DNA from: Moniliella sp. 'wahieum'
Lineage: Eukaryota
NCBI GenBank assembly: GCA_003971905.1
Contig: RSEE01000035.1
Span: 248,001 to 312,000, forward strand
Direction: 5' to 3'
Length of the DNA stretch: 64,000 nucleotides
Shown here one piece after another: positions 1 through 12,875 of this stretch (position 1 is the stretch's first letter; every line of letters begins with the position of its first letter). The notes below the pieces were generated by a model. It saw nothing but the letters and a program-made list of their open reading frames with translations, was not told the origin of the DNA and searched no databases. A program made the position numbers and the translations under genes.

Positions 1-600
1 CCACACGTGTTCGCTACAATCTCACCGCGTTCTCGCCTTTCCCTTGGCCTCATAGTACCTACTAGGATTATTACTACTCTTGATTCCCTCCCCTTAACCC
101 CCCCCACCTACCCCACCCGATGAGCTTGCTGTTGGACGATTGTGGTATTGCATATCGTACTAGTTATCAGCACTCTGATGAAGGATTGCATCAACTTACT
201 GTCCCTTGCATGATCGGTTGCGCCACGCTCGACGCTCGTTGGTTGTTTGGTTGCTTGATCGCTTGATGCTTGATCCGCAGGACCTGCCCCACCCCCATCC
301 CTCTTCCCCATCCTCCCACCAGAGATCATCGATCATACCCCCCGCTTGCCTGCCTTGGGCGGCTGGCCCCACAAGCACCTAGCACCGTTCCTCGACTTAG
401 ACCGGTGACGTCATCCCGGGACGCAGGCCCGAATTGAACGTTGCAGATATGTGGTGTGGTCAGCGATCGTTATCGATGAGGCTGAAACGAGCGCGCCTTG
501 GGCGCTCGGGCTCTCGACGACCAGTACCCCCCCCAGCACCACCACCACCACCACTGCCGTCACTACCACCACCACTGCCACTGTCACCACCACTGCCACC

Positions 601-2808
601 ATGGATAGCCAGGGCGGCTACTTCGCCCCAAGTGCATGGGCCTCCCCCTCCTCCCGCACTCCACGGACTCCGACCACACGCTGTCTGCGTTGCCACCCGA
701 CGACCCTGTCCCCCCCCGCAAGTTGACCCCCAAGCAGGAGGAGCGGCTGCGGGCATATGTCGATGACCAGTTTACCACCATCTCTCGCGGCGTGGCCAAA
801 CGGTATGTTCGTGCATCCATTTGGCCCCTACTCTTTGTTCTGACTCATTTGCCCCAGGCACGAAGCGACGAGCTCGCTCCCAACGCTTACAGCCTACCTC
901 AGCGCGGTCAACAACTTGCTTGACATTATTCTCACCATCCCGCTCTATGGGACAACGGTGCACTGCAGATCTCCTATTTGCTTCGCATCACGGCCGTAGT
1001 GTTGGAAGACGTGCCTGGTATTCCCCCGTGGACCCGACCAAGTACCGCTGACGATACCGACCCCGACCAGCTGGCCGTCCGCCTCCCCGATGCCGCACTA
1101 GCCGGACTCAAGTCTGTCCTCTTGACTCTGGAGGCGCTTGATCGGGCTTGGTACAGCGTGCTGTTTGGACGTCAAGTATCCATCTCTTCCTTGCGCTTGC
1201 ACTCGCAGCAGAGTGTTGAGCGCGCCCTCGTCCGACGGCCGCAGGCGCGGACGTGGTGCAAACGTCGAGGGAGCGACCGGAGCACACCAGGCAGATCATC
1301 AGATGGCACTCCGAGCTGTACAAGCCGGTCATCTTCCTCCCGTTACTTCGCCTGCCCCGGGGACGCGGAGGATGTTTTAGCGATGAACGTCGGATGTGGA
1401 AGCCCTCACTTCTTCCCGTTACCTTGCTCTTCTCCCTCCCATGGCGCGGATGCCAAACACACGACTGCCCCCTCGCTTGACCCGAGTGTCGCAAGGGAAG
1501 CCATCCCGTTTTGGGGGGAATAGGTCACGTACTGTCCCTCAGACGGATCGGTGTCCGGTTGCGCAACATTCTTGTTTTGGGCAAGGAGGCCTGTCTTTGC
1601 CTGGTGATAGAGATCCCTCGGCGGACCGCCCCCACCCAAACTGATGGATGAGGTGACAGGTGCCTTGGATGGAGTAGGAAAAGTGGGCGTCATGCCTTCG
1701 CACCGGAACAATGAGGCATTTCGCCAAACCCTCCGACCTAGCCAACACGTTCGGGACCTCTTTGTCGACCAGGGGAATTTGGGCGATGACCTACGTCCTC
1801 GGGAAGAGGTCTTGTCTGGCTCCGAACCTGCAACTCCATCGGCAGCAACCGAGGTCGGCACAGCCGCTGCTTCTACGCTGCCCAAGAATCTAGCCAGCGT
1901 CCCATCTGCGAGACGGAACTGAACGACTATCGTTCAGCACTACAATCCGAGGTGACACGAGTCTACCTACTTGCACAAGAATTCCCAAGTCCTGCTGGCC
2001 CCTCAAGATCGCCCAGAAGCGTTGGAGGAGCAAGAGGAGACTGAAAACGTGATCGCTGAAGGTGGGGGCGATTGGGAGGAACGAGAGCACTACGCCGCTC
2101 TTTGACCGCAATTGGATCCGGATGCGGACGATGACAGTGATGAGGACGATGCCGCGGCCCGTTTGCAGGGAACCCCACAGTACCATCTGATCCGAACCGA
2201 TCTGGGTGGAGTACCTCGTTCGTTAGATGCTATCAACCAGCGTTCGGCGGCGGTGCTGGGGAACAAACGGCCCGCACCTCAAGATACCGAGGATGACGAG
2301 GACGAGGAATGGGAGGATGTTTCGGGGCCAAGTAAACGTACCCGCGGCATGGCGCCAGTATCCGTTTGCTACGGACAAGAAGGAGGTCGAAGAAAACGGA
2401 GAAATCCTGGCCAGAACCAAGAGTTGGATACAGATATTGACGGACCAGCTGTTAGGGAGGCGGACCAATCCGAGGCAAACATGCAGGGGATGATGGTGAT
2501 GGTGAGACGATGATGAGGGCCTTCCTCCCACTCCATCACCAGTGGCTGAACAAGAGGAGGAACAAAGTTCGGGATGGATATGGAAGCCATTGCTGGAATG
2601 GGACCTGGCGTACTCCAAATCGTTCCACCGCACTTTGCGCACCTTAAATGATCTCGATGATCCTCGCCCGGCGACAAGTGAAAGTGGCCAAGGTGCTCGC
2701 TGCACGGCCTATTCATCGTGGCTTGCTATCAATGTGCTATCAATGTACGGGATGTGGTGTATGCTCAACGTACCCAACAAAGAAAAGGTTCAGCGCCCCA
2801 TGATGTAG
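601..2808 (+). CDS. TFB6: Tfb6-like TFIIH accessory subunit (1 intron, several probable indel frameshifts)
   Basis: Stitched peptide reads LTPKQEERLRAYVDDQFTTISRGVAKR|HEATSSLPTLTAYLSAVNNLLDIILTIP..LQISYLLRIT..LEALDRAWYSVL..TVPQTDR(V)RLRNILVLGKEA..WDLAYSKSFHRTL. This resembles the fungal Tfb6 family pattern as I recall it. Intron 803-857 (GTATGT..CTGAC..CAG). Confidence 0.6.
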
Positions 2809-4154
2809 TGTTCAAATCCACATAGATTGCTTTGCAACGCAGCTCATTCATCAAAGCATCCCGTCATGGGCGAGCCGCGAACTGCAGCCCAACCCACACG
2901 GTTTAATGTGCTTTTCCTTGGAGGAGCGGTGCGTGAGCTCTGAGTCCCCACTGATTTATTCTTACTTCAAATATTGGTCTTGGGTCTTGAGCGCAAGTGA
3001 GCTCATTGAGCTGCCAGATGGACGTCCGTTTTTGATCTGGACGTCTCGTCTTCGTTGTGAGATTCTCCCTCGTGCCTTTTACGTCTTGTGAGGGCGGAGA
3101 AAACTTTAATGGGCACTTGGGTCTTTTCGTGTTGGCTGTTCCTGTTCCTAGGACACTTCCCCATTGTGATCGTGCTCCTTTGAAAGTCATTCGCCTTTAT
3201 CCCTTCCTTAGCTTTCTACTTTATTGTATGTTTTGCTTCCTTACAGTTCCTGTATGTATATAATAGCCTTTTTCTACTATGTTTTTCCCTTCGCGGGTCA
3301 TTTTGTAACAACATATCATCTTTTACGAATCCATCCTCGACCCACCAGACAACACTCGCGTTACTCGCCAGCTCACCAGCAGTCCCACCGACCTGCTTCA
3401 GGGACCACCCCTTGGTCTTCCGAACCCATCCGCCCATATGGAGGCATCCTTTGCCGTCGATCTCCTCCTGATGCAGTCTCCTCTGTACGACTCCGCTGTC
3501 ATATCTGGAGTTGAGAGTTGTCTGTGACAGGGCCGGTCCGATCCTCAGTCCTTGTCTGTGTCAACCTTGCGGCCAACCTTTCAAATGATTCTGCGTCCAA
3601 ACAGGCACGTCACGTTTTGTCATTTTGAGGATGTCTCCATGTTTGCCCCCCATTTCGCGTGTTTTGTTCCAGCACGAATCCCATTCAAGTCCTGATCTTG
3701 TCTTTCATGCATAATATCCCGACATTCTCCCCATGCTGCGGTAAGTTCCCCAACCTCAAGCGAAAACAGCCAAGTCCCTCTTTCAGGGACTCGTCGTTCC
3801 AGGGCAAGAGACATCCAGTCCCGCGTTGCATGGCCGTGTTTCGTTTGGATGATTCTTCTACTTCCTGATCAAAACACTGTCATTCCCAACAGCATCAAGG
3901 TGCTCAACACAAAGTCACTTTTATTTTCCAACCGCCCCCTTCATGGCTTCTCAACGGCTCCTACCTTTCTATATCTCTCCGCGGTCATATGATCTCATCT
4001 CTGTCTCTTATCTCCGTATGAAGTGCTGGCAGCCTCTCCGATATCCCTAGATCGCGTCCATTTCATTGACAGAGCTTAAGGCTGGGACAGGGGGAACGCT
4101 ACGTCTAAACCGAACCGTTCATCTTGCGGGGGTTATTTGAAAGCGCCACTAAGG

Positions 4155-4870
4155 TCAAGGAACCAGGGGGATCGCCAGGATATCAGGACCCTCCGGCTCA
4201 CGCCATCCGGTCCCGTACCCTAGGAAGCGCGTGTGGACACGGATGAACGTAGTTGACATCCGAGCGAGGAACCATTTCCACTGAGACTTAGTAGCCAAAT
4301 CCTTCCAATGCGCAAACAACTTGCCCGCTATCTTGGTGCCGTAGTATCCTCGCATCGTCAATACCAGGGGGAAAAACGGCTCTTGAGTGCGTTCCTGGTA
4401 CTTGGCGTTCTTGTCGCATTCTGCTTGTTCAAGCAGCCGAAGCAGCTCCTTCTCCCGGCGTTCCAAGGTGTTGCGGTGCTCTCATGCACCACCCTCCGGT
4501 ACGCGCTCTGCGCCTCCAGCGATCCCTTGTTGCGCAGGGTGGGTCTACCTCCATTCCTGATCCTCCGAGTGCTCCGGGCCCCATCACGCGGTAGTCGGTG
4601 CGCTGCGTCCTCTGTCTCTTCCCATCCTCTTCCTCCACCATAGGTTCGTTGACGTGGTGTCGGGGATGGAGCGTATGAGCTGTGGAGAATGGGCTCCCGC
4701 ACTGGCTCATGCAACGCACCAAACTTAGCCTGGGTGCGGGTGCAACATGATGTGCTCCAGCGAGGATATGACGCCCCACTTGCACATGCCATGCTGAGCG
4801 TGTGGTGCGGCACAGCGTGCGGAGCTGGAGACCGACCTGGACCTGCGGGTCAGAGAGCTTGAGGCACGGG
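4155..4870 (-). mobile_element. 5'-truncated, decayed CRE/Cnl1-like non-LTR retrotransposon (restriction-like endonuclease end)
   Basis: Minus-strand frames give LKLSDPQVQVGLQLRTL, LHEPVR, EP..RTDYRVMGPGALGGSGMEVD and KNAKYQE..FFPLVLTMRGYYG..WK..WFLARMS. This is the motif order of the RLE-clade C-terminus. Confidence 0.7.
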
Positions 4871-6277
4871 GCAGAGAATGGCGGAGAGCCACAGTTGTGG
4901 CTCAGCGAGATTATATTATCCCTCGATTCGCCCTGTGCACTTTTTACATCAGCTGCCCCGTGCCACCTTCCACGCCCCTGCAGCCAGCAAGCATCGGTTA
5001 TATTATTTCTCTATATCGGTGTTGGCGACGGTGGAACGGTGGCTACGGTGGCGACGTTCGCCCCAGCTGACCGGGCCGTAGGCCCGGTGGTGGTCCTCCT
5101 TGTCGGTGATATTATTTCTCACGAGGAAGTGCTATCGGATGATATTCTTAGTGCCTTCGCTTCTGTTGGGGGGGTAGTGCTGGGGCTCTCCGGCACGACC
5201 CTCAGTGGATCGGTGACGTTCCTTAGCCGTGCGGAGAGTTCCGCTCGTAGGGCGCGCACGCCCTGCTCGCTTCATCTCCCTTCTCTCTCTCCTGTCTCCT
5301 TTTACCTTCAGACGTGCTTGAAGACTTGTGGCTCACCACTTTGCCTTCACACCATGTTGAAGGCTGATTTGCAGCTGATTCGTAGGATCGCGAGTGCTCC
5401 AAAGTCGCATTCTAGCAGCTTCTCTGCTTCGCTCTGTCAACATCTATGCCAATGTGATGGGGCTTAGACAGGAGGCCAGTGGCCCCACCTCTTCCCGCGT
5501 TGCTCTCCTCGCAATATGGCCACAATAATTTACTTCACCCGTTCTCATCAGCGCTTCTGTTGCTACGCACCGAACGGCATTGACTTCCAGAGGGAAATCG
5601 GACGTGTCTTACACATCACAGCTTCCCTGACCCATCTGCCCAGTGCACAGGCTTGCTCAACCAGTCTGAACAGCAGCCACCGTTGCAGTGACATTTTCAG
5701 TGCCATCACTGTCCCTTTGTCCGATCAAAAGTACGTCCCCACCCCGTTGTCGTCAGCAGGTCATCTGACTTTTTTCACTCATCGCCCCTCAAGCTATCTA
5801 CTGGGCTGGACGAGTGCATGGAAAAATTTCGAGGCCATTGCGGACACGCATCTTCCGCAAGGTTACTCTGAACATTGTATCGCCTGGCGTGCGACCCGTG
5901 TACAATTCACCCACCACCGTCACATCGCAATAACCAGGGCATAAATAACAGAGAGGAGGATGCACGGGACATTGAAGGCACTGCAGTCAATCTCTTGACG
6001 CAGAGGGCACAGATGCCGAGGACGACGACCGCACAGATGACTCTGAGACTGAAGAGTGATTCGGCGGCTATATATTTCAAAGACCTCTCAATGGCAAGCC
6101 CCCAATCCATATTGCCCCATCGCAATGCAGAAAGTACCCTCGAAGACGATTGCACTGCATTCGATGGTGCTAGAATGAGTAGTAGTATAAAATGTAATAC
6201 CAATAGTAACCCAGGAAGAGCGACATAGGAGGATCAGATCCGTTAGATACGTCGCCCATGGGCACGTCAATAACGTT

Positions 6278-6365
6278 TCTGACGTTCAAGGGGATGACAT
6301 CGAGGACATATCTGACGTTCAGGGTGGTGACATCGACGACGTCACTGACCTGCAGCGCGCTGACA
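6278..6365 (+). repeat. 33-bp tandem repeat, about 2.5 copies
   Basis: TCTGACGTTCAAGGGGATGACATCGAGGACATA at 6278, TCTGACGTTCAGGGTGGTGACATCGACGACGTC at 6311, and a degenerate third copy at 6344. Encodes SDVQGDDIEDI / SDVQGGDIDDV. Confidence 0.8.
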
Positions 6366-7559
6366 GAATTGCCTCACCCACGGCAAATTACTCCTCCGAC
6401 ATTTTTGAAGGTGTTTTATATATCAAAGACATAAATGATGCTTTTCGTGATCCGCTGTGTACGTGTAATTTTTCAGACGCCTCCAGGCTGTGGGGCCAAC
6501 GACGCATACAAAAGTTGCTAGCATGGGACCACCCGATGTCCACCCCAAATCAAAAGACTGGTGGCATAGTGATTGACTGATGGTCACAGAGTACTTCCGG
6601 TTTCTCACGACTAAAGCCATCAAGGATGCGGGGACTTCGAAGGCTTGGCGGAGGAGATCTGCCCAGCGGTCTGGTACCGGTGAGGAGGGAGATGGTGGAC
6701 TAAGGAATGAATTACTGAGGGCACAGAAGCCTCGGAAGATCTACTCCGGAATAAACCGGAGGCGGAATGGGCTGGGCCGCATGTGCGTCTCACCCAACAG
6801 CCAGCACCAGTGGATTTCCACCGACCGGATCGTTGCCACTCGGTGACGTTGTACCTGATATGGATCATACGCCCAGCGATTTGATTGGCGTGGACGGTGC
6901 CGCATCGGCATCCCAATTCTCAACCCCATTGTCCGGCTTGAGTGCATGCCGTGTTCAGAGTTGCTGCTCGCCCTTATTTTTGCCTCTGATCTGGATGGCA
7001 AAGGGGTATCATCATTCCCCCAAGAGACCCATACGTCTCACGCGCGTGGCAGAGGACCGTACAAAAATGAGAGGAGAAACGCACCGACGGGCAACCAGCC
7101 CAATGCATCCGCCAGCAGACGCTAGATGTGTTATGAGATTGCTCGAACGTGCAAAAAAAAGGAGAGGCCCTGATTGCGACAGTTGTGCCCAGATGCAATG
7201 AACAACGCATAATATTGTTTTTGATTTTGGGTGAAGCCAGTTGATGTGAGTACTAATGAAGTGTGGTAATCGAGGACGAAAGTTTTTGAGCATGGTAACT
7301 TGAACTGTTGCAGCCATGCCCCGTGCAGTATCTGATAATGGTTCTCTAAAAGGGCACGTGACTGACACAAAGACACTGGCAAAACTGAGGCATAGAAGGG
7401 CCATATTGAATACAAACGAAAATGGTTCCATGTATAATCCAACCCAATGAATCCAATGCATGCATTTCAATTTGTAGTGATGTTGGTGTGCTCACCTTTT
7501 TCTATGGGTTATGCGAAATTGGGTGAATCTTAACTTCACCCTCTGTAGAAATTAGATCG

Positions 7560-8250
7560 AGCAGTTAGAAGCCTTGGTGAGGAATGAACAAGGATATTGG
7601 GGCAGAGTTTCCTGTCAAGGAGGAGGTACATCCACTCCAAGTACCTCCTAACAGGGAATGGTCCGTTCTCCCGGGAGTTGTTTCTTGCGATTGTTTAGTT
7701 GCTTTGAGAACCCAATAATATTCGCTCGGGATGTGCATTAGCCAGGTTTTTAAACCCCACCGGACTAACAAGGCATAACAGTAAGGTTAAACAGGGAAAG
7801 AGCGAGACGATCGTGACGAAGAAAGAATATGGGCGAGATCAGCCAAACTATGACAGGACATATGCGAGCACTGATAAGCCGCAAAGTGGTCGGCGGATTC
7901 AACGCGCTCTCTTGGCTTTCGTCACTCCCACAAAAAGCTCAATACCCAGGCATGCAAAAGGACTATAGGCCTGTCGTCGGTCTCGCAATCGCATTTGGGT
8001 CAGTCTACCCCCACATGGCCATGCCTTCTCCTCCGTTAACTAGTCACTGGGTGTGAGTTCATGTAGTGTACTCTTTGTGAAGGGAAGTCTGATATTGCGG
8101 ACCTCCATAGACTCTATCCAATTTAAGATCCGAGACTTGTGATATCTCAACATATCCCGCTCCCAAGCCCAACCCCAAGTTCGACGGGTAGAAGCCTGAT
8201 GTGCAGCAGTGCCCAACGACGCATTGTTCTCATTTGAGCCCAACATGTAC
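7560..8250 (-). mobile_element. Decayed LINE reverse-transcriptase fragment
   Basis: Broken frames contain RILNWIES..RNIRLPF, QESALNP (for QGSxLSP), SLADLA (for xADD) and RYLEW..LLDRKL (for YLGxxLDxKL), in RT order. Confidence 0.5.
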
Positions 8251-8549
8251 GCAATGGTTTATGGTTTCCCTGTGAGTGATTGACTGGTATCCTCACCTCT
8301 CATCGTCAACTATGAATCCGCAGTAGAGAACAAAGCCCACATCTGTTAGTTATCGGCTCTGTGCTTTCCGTCCTCTGGCCTCTGTCAGCTTTCTACATGT
8401 ATCTCAGCTGCTGCTTAGTGTTTCGGCATTCCTGACTTCAACCTACTATCAAGCTTCCAACACCCCAGAACTCGGACTCCTGGCTTCGATCCCGGTTCCC
8501 ACTTTCAGTCCAAATTCGGGTAGTTAAGAACCACGAACTCCCGTTTGAA

Positions 8550-9260
8550 TTTGGTATTCTCTAGTCTCCCGATATCCCTGCTGCAAGTGTACACACCAGT
8601 GGACATTAGTAGGCAGCGGTAGTATGGTCATTACCCTGTAAGCTTCTGGGAGAACAATGCTACCAGGTAACCAAGTGACAGCAGTCATAGTCCTCGATGA
8701 AGACAATACATTCATCAGTGGCGTCAGGGAGAGCAGGGAAATCTTGAAGGTGGTTAGTCTGAAGTCTCCGGGGTTTACGGGTAGGTGAGGCAGCGGAGAA
8801 CCAACAGTGCCACAGCTGAGGCTGGATAGGGGCGGCTGTCGAAGTGGATAGTGGAAAGGAAAACACACGCGATAAGCTGATACGGGGAATCGACGCGGCC
8901 CGAAGAAAGGCTCGCGCGACAGGGCGGATGGGAAGCTAGAGGACGGGTTGGAAGATGAGGAGGCAGCTATAAGCGGAGACGAGGTTGTGCCTGTACTGAA
9001 TCCATTGGCTGAAAAAACGGGTTGGAGGTGGACAGAAACCAGGGGGGAAGGACGAGAATGGGAAGGTGAAGCTACTATCAAATGGGAAAAAAAACGGATA
9101 CAAAACGGGTTTATAACAAAAAGGAAAGCCATGTCAACAGAAGGGTTGGTTGCCGCAGGCGCAACGAAGAAGGATAAAGTAAGTGGTGACAGTGCGACAG
9201 TCGTCAAAGACACCGGAAACTTATTAGTGGCCTCATTTAGGCCAATCACAACTTTTTGAC
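8550..9260 (-). mobile_element. Decayed LINE ORF1 (gag-like), copy B
   Basis: Nucleotide similarity to 11.7-12.4 kb (e.g. GGGAATCGACGCG..GGCTCGCGCGAC and CATGTCAA..GGGTTGGT). ATDECIVFIEDYD resembles a basidiomycete LINE gag motif. Confidence 0.5.
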
Positions 9261-9559
9261 TTGAGCGGGGCGACTATTGTCGCGCGATGCATGGCTATAC
9301 TCGGGTACATCATACATGGTTTAAGCAACCATCATCACACTTGGTTAGACTTCGAAGCGCGCTCTCCAACTAAGGCATGTGCAGAGCAGGCGGGCCTTAC
9401 TTAGATTGGACTCAGATCCAAAAACGCAGCCTGTAACAGTTCGGGGGGTTCCCTTTACAGGGCCTTTGGGTTCTCGTGTTTTTTGTAACGGTCCCGTGCG
9501 TTTCTGCGGCGTCTCCTTGTTCCCCCCGGTTGCCAGGGTAGCCCTACCCTTTGCTTTTC

Positions 9560-10700
9560 ACACCCATTCCATGTGGGCACATCCTCGTTCTTTATTCCCG
9601 ATGCTCAGGCGCTCTTCCAGCTCTTCCCGCCCCACCCCGTTGCCACGATGCCCAGGATGGCCTTTCCCAATCATCGGAACTTCCCCAAAAGTTACCTGGG
9701 CTCGATTTCTCTGTGAGAAGCTCAAAGTACCAAGGGGCCACGGGCAACTATTATATACCATCAAAAAGACTGAATAGGTAGGGTCGAGGATCACCTTGAC
9801 CTTCGGAATTCTCAGCCGCCAACCACAATCCTTAACTAGATTGGGGTTGAGACCGAGCTCGGCTATTATGGTTGCGCAGAGCATCGAGATTTCGATAGGG
9901 TCAAATTCGAGAATGCCCATCATAACAGATGGAGGGGGAGATGTGCATATGTGGGGTCTAAATAGGGCAAGGAAGGGGACAGGTGAGAGACTGGGAACAG
10001 AGGGGCCAACAGACCGGAGAACACATTTTCTTTCAGCAGGAGGAAGGAAAACATTGAAAGCAGCGAGTTGCATTCAGTTTCAAATGGAAACAGAGTGTAC
10101 GCTGAGCGGGAAGGGAAACCATAGGCCATCAAGGGCGATTATTGTCACAACAAGGAATAGGCTGGATGAATGTGGCCACTGCGTCTCGGCTATCGGGCAT
10201 ATGGCATCATCGTCCAACGATCTTCGCGGACGGGATTGGGTTAGGGCATTTAGCACTGAGCTATGTCGGCTCGTTTGGGTTCAGACCTGATGGGGAGTGT
10301 CTTGAAGTAGATTAGGTTGGGGCCCGAACAATGACGGAGGAAGCACCTGGACTCAGTCGGACCCGCCGACGGCTCGCCTTCGTTCATAATTTCTCACGCA
10401 CTCCTTATTACAAGGCGCATCCTCAGTTCTACAAGGAGACTGCTTCCATCCCGGGGGTGCGAAAGGTAACAAAGGATATGCATGTTCTCCTTGTCGAGAG
10501 GGGTATCGTTCGCTGTTCTGATCTGGTTCTCCTCCTTGGATCATTGAGAATATTATTGGTGTCGCGGGCTTCTGCGTGCGCAAACCGAATCCCAGTGTGC
10601 GGGACAAACTCAATGGTGCACACATCTTCGTCCTTCGAGCGAAGGCGTGATGCGTGAGTGAACGCATTCTTTGGGAGTATGGATATGAAAGGGAGTCAGA
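9560..10700 (-). mobile_element. Decayed LINE apurinic-endonuclease (APE) fragment
   Basis: IIFSMIQGGEP (for DIIxIQEP), PPSVMMGILEFD (for PxxIxGDFN) and VILDPT (for SxLDLT), positioned downstream of ORF1 copy A. Confidence 0.4.
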
Positions 10701-11199
10701 GGGCTCTCGTGGCACATGAGTCACCCCTCACCTTTTGGATCCAGGCCTGAGAGAGAGACCGGGCCAGCACAGCTGGCACAAAGCCATTTCCCCGTACCGC
10801 CACGCTGGTCAGGATCCTGGGCGAGGAGTTCCAAGCTTCTGGAGATTCTGGCCATCTTTCATTCTTAACAGACGCATCTTGTACTAAGAAGGCTGTTGAA
10901 ATGCGAGGGGGGTACTATAAAGAAGGCGAAGTGAGATACATGGGAACTTTGGAGAGGAACCAATCTCCGCCCGTGTCACAAAGGCAGGAAATACCGCGTT
11001 TAGGTTGACAGTCCCAAAAGGTGGATACGGACGGAGAGCGGTGTGGCGGTGGAGGATATTATAGCCAGCTTTTTCAGTTGGGGACAAGTTTGGTCATCTC
11101 TGCTGGTGTCCACAAAAAGAGACCTGCACATGTGAGGCTGTTGTTGCACGGATGAATTGCGGGTTACACTAGCGACACGGCCATCAATGGCATGTAGCT

Positions 11200-11212
11200 A
11201 TAGCAGCGTTTT

Positions 11213-11244
<32 letters not shown>

Positions 11245-12600
11245 CTCCATATCCCATTAGCTGTACCATATAATATAGTTTTAATTCTATGGCACAAGAG
11301 AGAGTCTGGGGAGCGTATGCCGGTAGATGCTCGCTAGTATACGTCCGGTATCCACTGAACAGGTGCTATGAAAGCAGATGGGAAAGATAATTATCAGGGT
11401 ACAGTCTTTTTCATCGGAGGAAAGGAGGCGAGGTATATATATACCTGGAGGAAGAGAACATGCGAGATGAGTCACACAGAGAAGAAAGGGGAGCATATAG
11501 ACAAAGGGGAAACAGGGTCTAGAACAGATCAGGGTCCACAGCCAATTTGGTGACAGTGTGGTAAGGTGGGTCTGATCCTGACAATATATGTGTCCGACCA
11601 AAACGAAACGCCTGTTTGGCTCTATAATCAGTGTCAGATGTATAGGGGTGGTCTCTTCTGACCGAAGATCCGTCGTATATCTCCAGAAGAGTGGCTATCG
11701 CGGACGATTAGGATCCAAACAAGATACTGTCACGGGCGGGCGCCGCCAGGGGCCGCCCCTGGGTTTTTGGGGGGGTACAATCTTAGGCGACGGTAGGTCG
11801 ACTCACGGTAGTTTCGGGCTTGGGCTGGTTGGTGTATCCGAGCGGAGCTAGGGACGAGGAGAGGCCTTTGGTGGGGCGGCTGCACGTGTGGCAAGGCTGC
11901 GTATGCACCGGCTTGGGCCATAGTACGTGTCGAAGCCTCCGGGACTTAGGGACGGGAGGAGCAGAGGGGGGACAAACATGCCTCAACGGAGACTGGGGAA
12001 TCGACGCGACCAAAGGAGGGCTCGCGCGACGGGACTGACGAAGGGCTGGGAGGACGAGGTCGGAGGAGATGTCGTACGCTAACAAGACGAGCTGCCTGTA
12101 CTGGATCAATTGGCGGAAAACGGGCAGGAGTCGGACAGGATAGGCGGGAAAAGGACGAAAGATGAGACGACAATGGAAGGTGGGGGAAAAGATCCCATCA
12201 ACCAGGGGTACAGGCAGGATCAAAAGGGAAAACAGAGACAAGAGGTGTGTAGAAAGGAAGACATGTCAAAAGCGGGGTTGGTCGCCACAGCGCGACCGAG
12301 AAAGGAAACGGAAACGGAAACGGGGACGGGACGGCTGACGCCGCTACGGCACTGGAAGCTCGGTGGCCTTGTTTAGGCCGGCGGCCCGTGACAGATACAT
12401 AGTAGCATTTTTGAAGACAAAAGTTGTTTTGTGTTTTCTATGGGGGAGAGGAGCATATGATGTTAGAAACGAGGAAGTGTGATTGTAAAGCCATAACGAA
12501 GAACATTGTGCGAGAATATAAAATTTTGTGGGGCTCTGGAGAGCGGGGAGGGGGAGGAAAAGGTGGGAAGCCAAAGCAGGTCGCCGAGGTAGAGCGGTGA
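11200..12600 (-). mobile_element. Decayed LINE ORF1 (gag-like), copy A
   Basis: ATLLEIYDGSS..AKQAFRFG..PHCHQ/WLWT resembles the IWDS..F.G..QCxxCWxWGH zinc-knuckle region of basidiomycete LINE ORF1. Paralogous to copy B. Confidence 0.5.
11211..11240 (+). repeat. (TTC)10 microsatellite
   Basis: Directly visible perfect run. Confidence 0.95.
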
Positions 12601-12856
12601 GGGTAAAGGTCTCGAGTGCACAGATTATATCAGAGAGCGAGCGAGCGCCGGTAGAATATGCAGGAAAAGGAAGTTTGCAGACTAAGAGAGCCTGGTAGTC
12701 CGCGGACTATTGGCGACATGGCGGTGTGGGGCGACACTGAAGATGAACTTGAAGGGCAAGAGGCGCTCATAACTACGTACGGTTGTCACGATGCCCCTCG
12801 CTGGGGCGTGCGAAGCGTTTAGTGGGGTGCAAGTTAAGGTGCAAGGCACAAGGCCA

Positions 12857-12875
12857 GGGGGGGGGGGGGGGGGGG
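12857..12875 (+). repeat. Poly-G run (about 19 nt)
   Basis: Directly visible, near the transition from the retroelement block to the gene-rich region. Confidence 0.9.
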
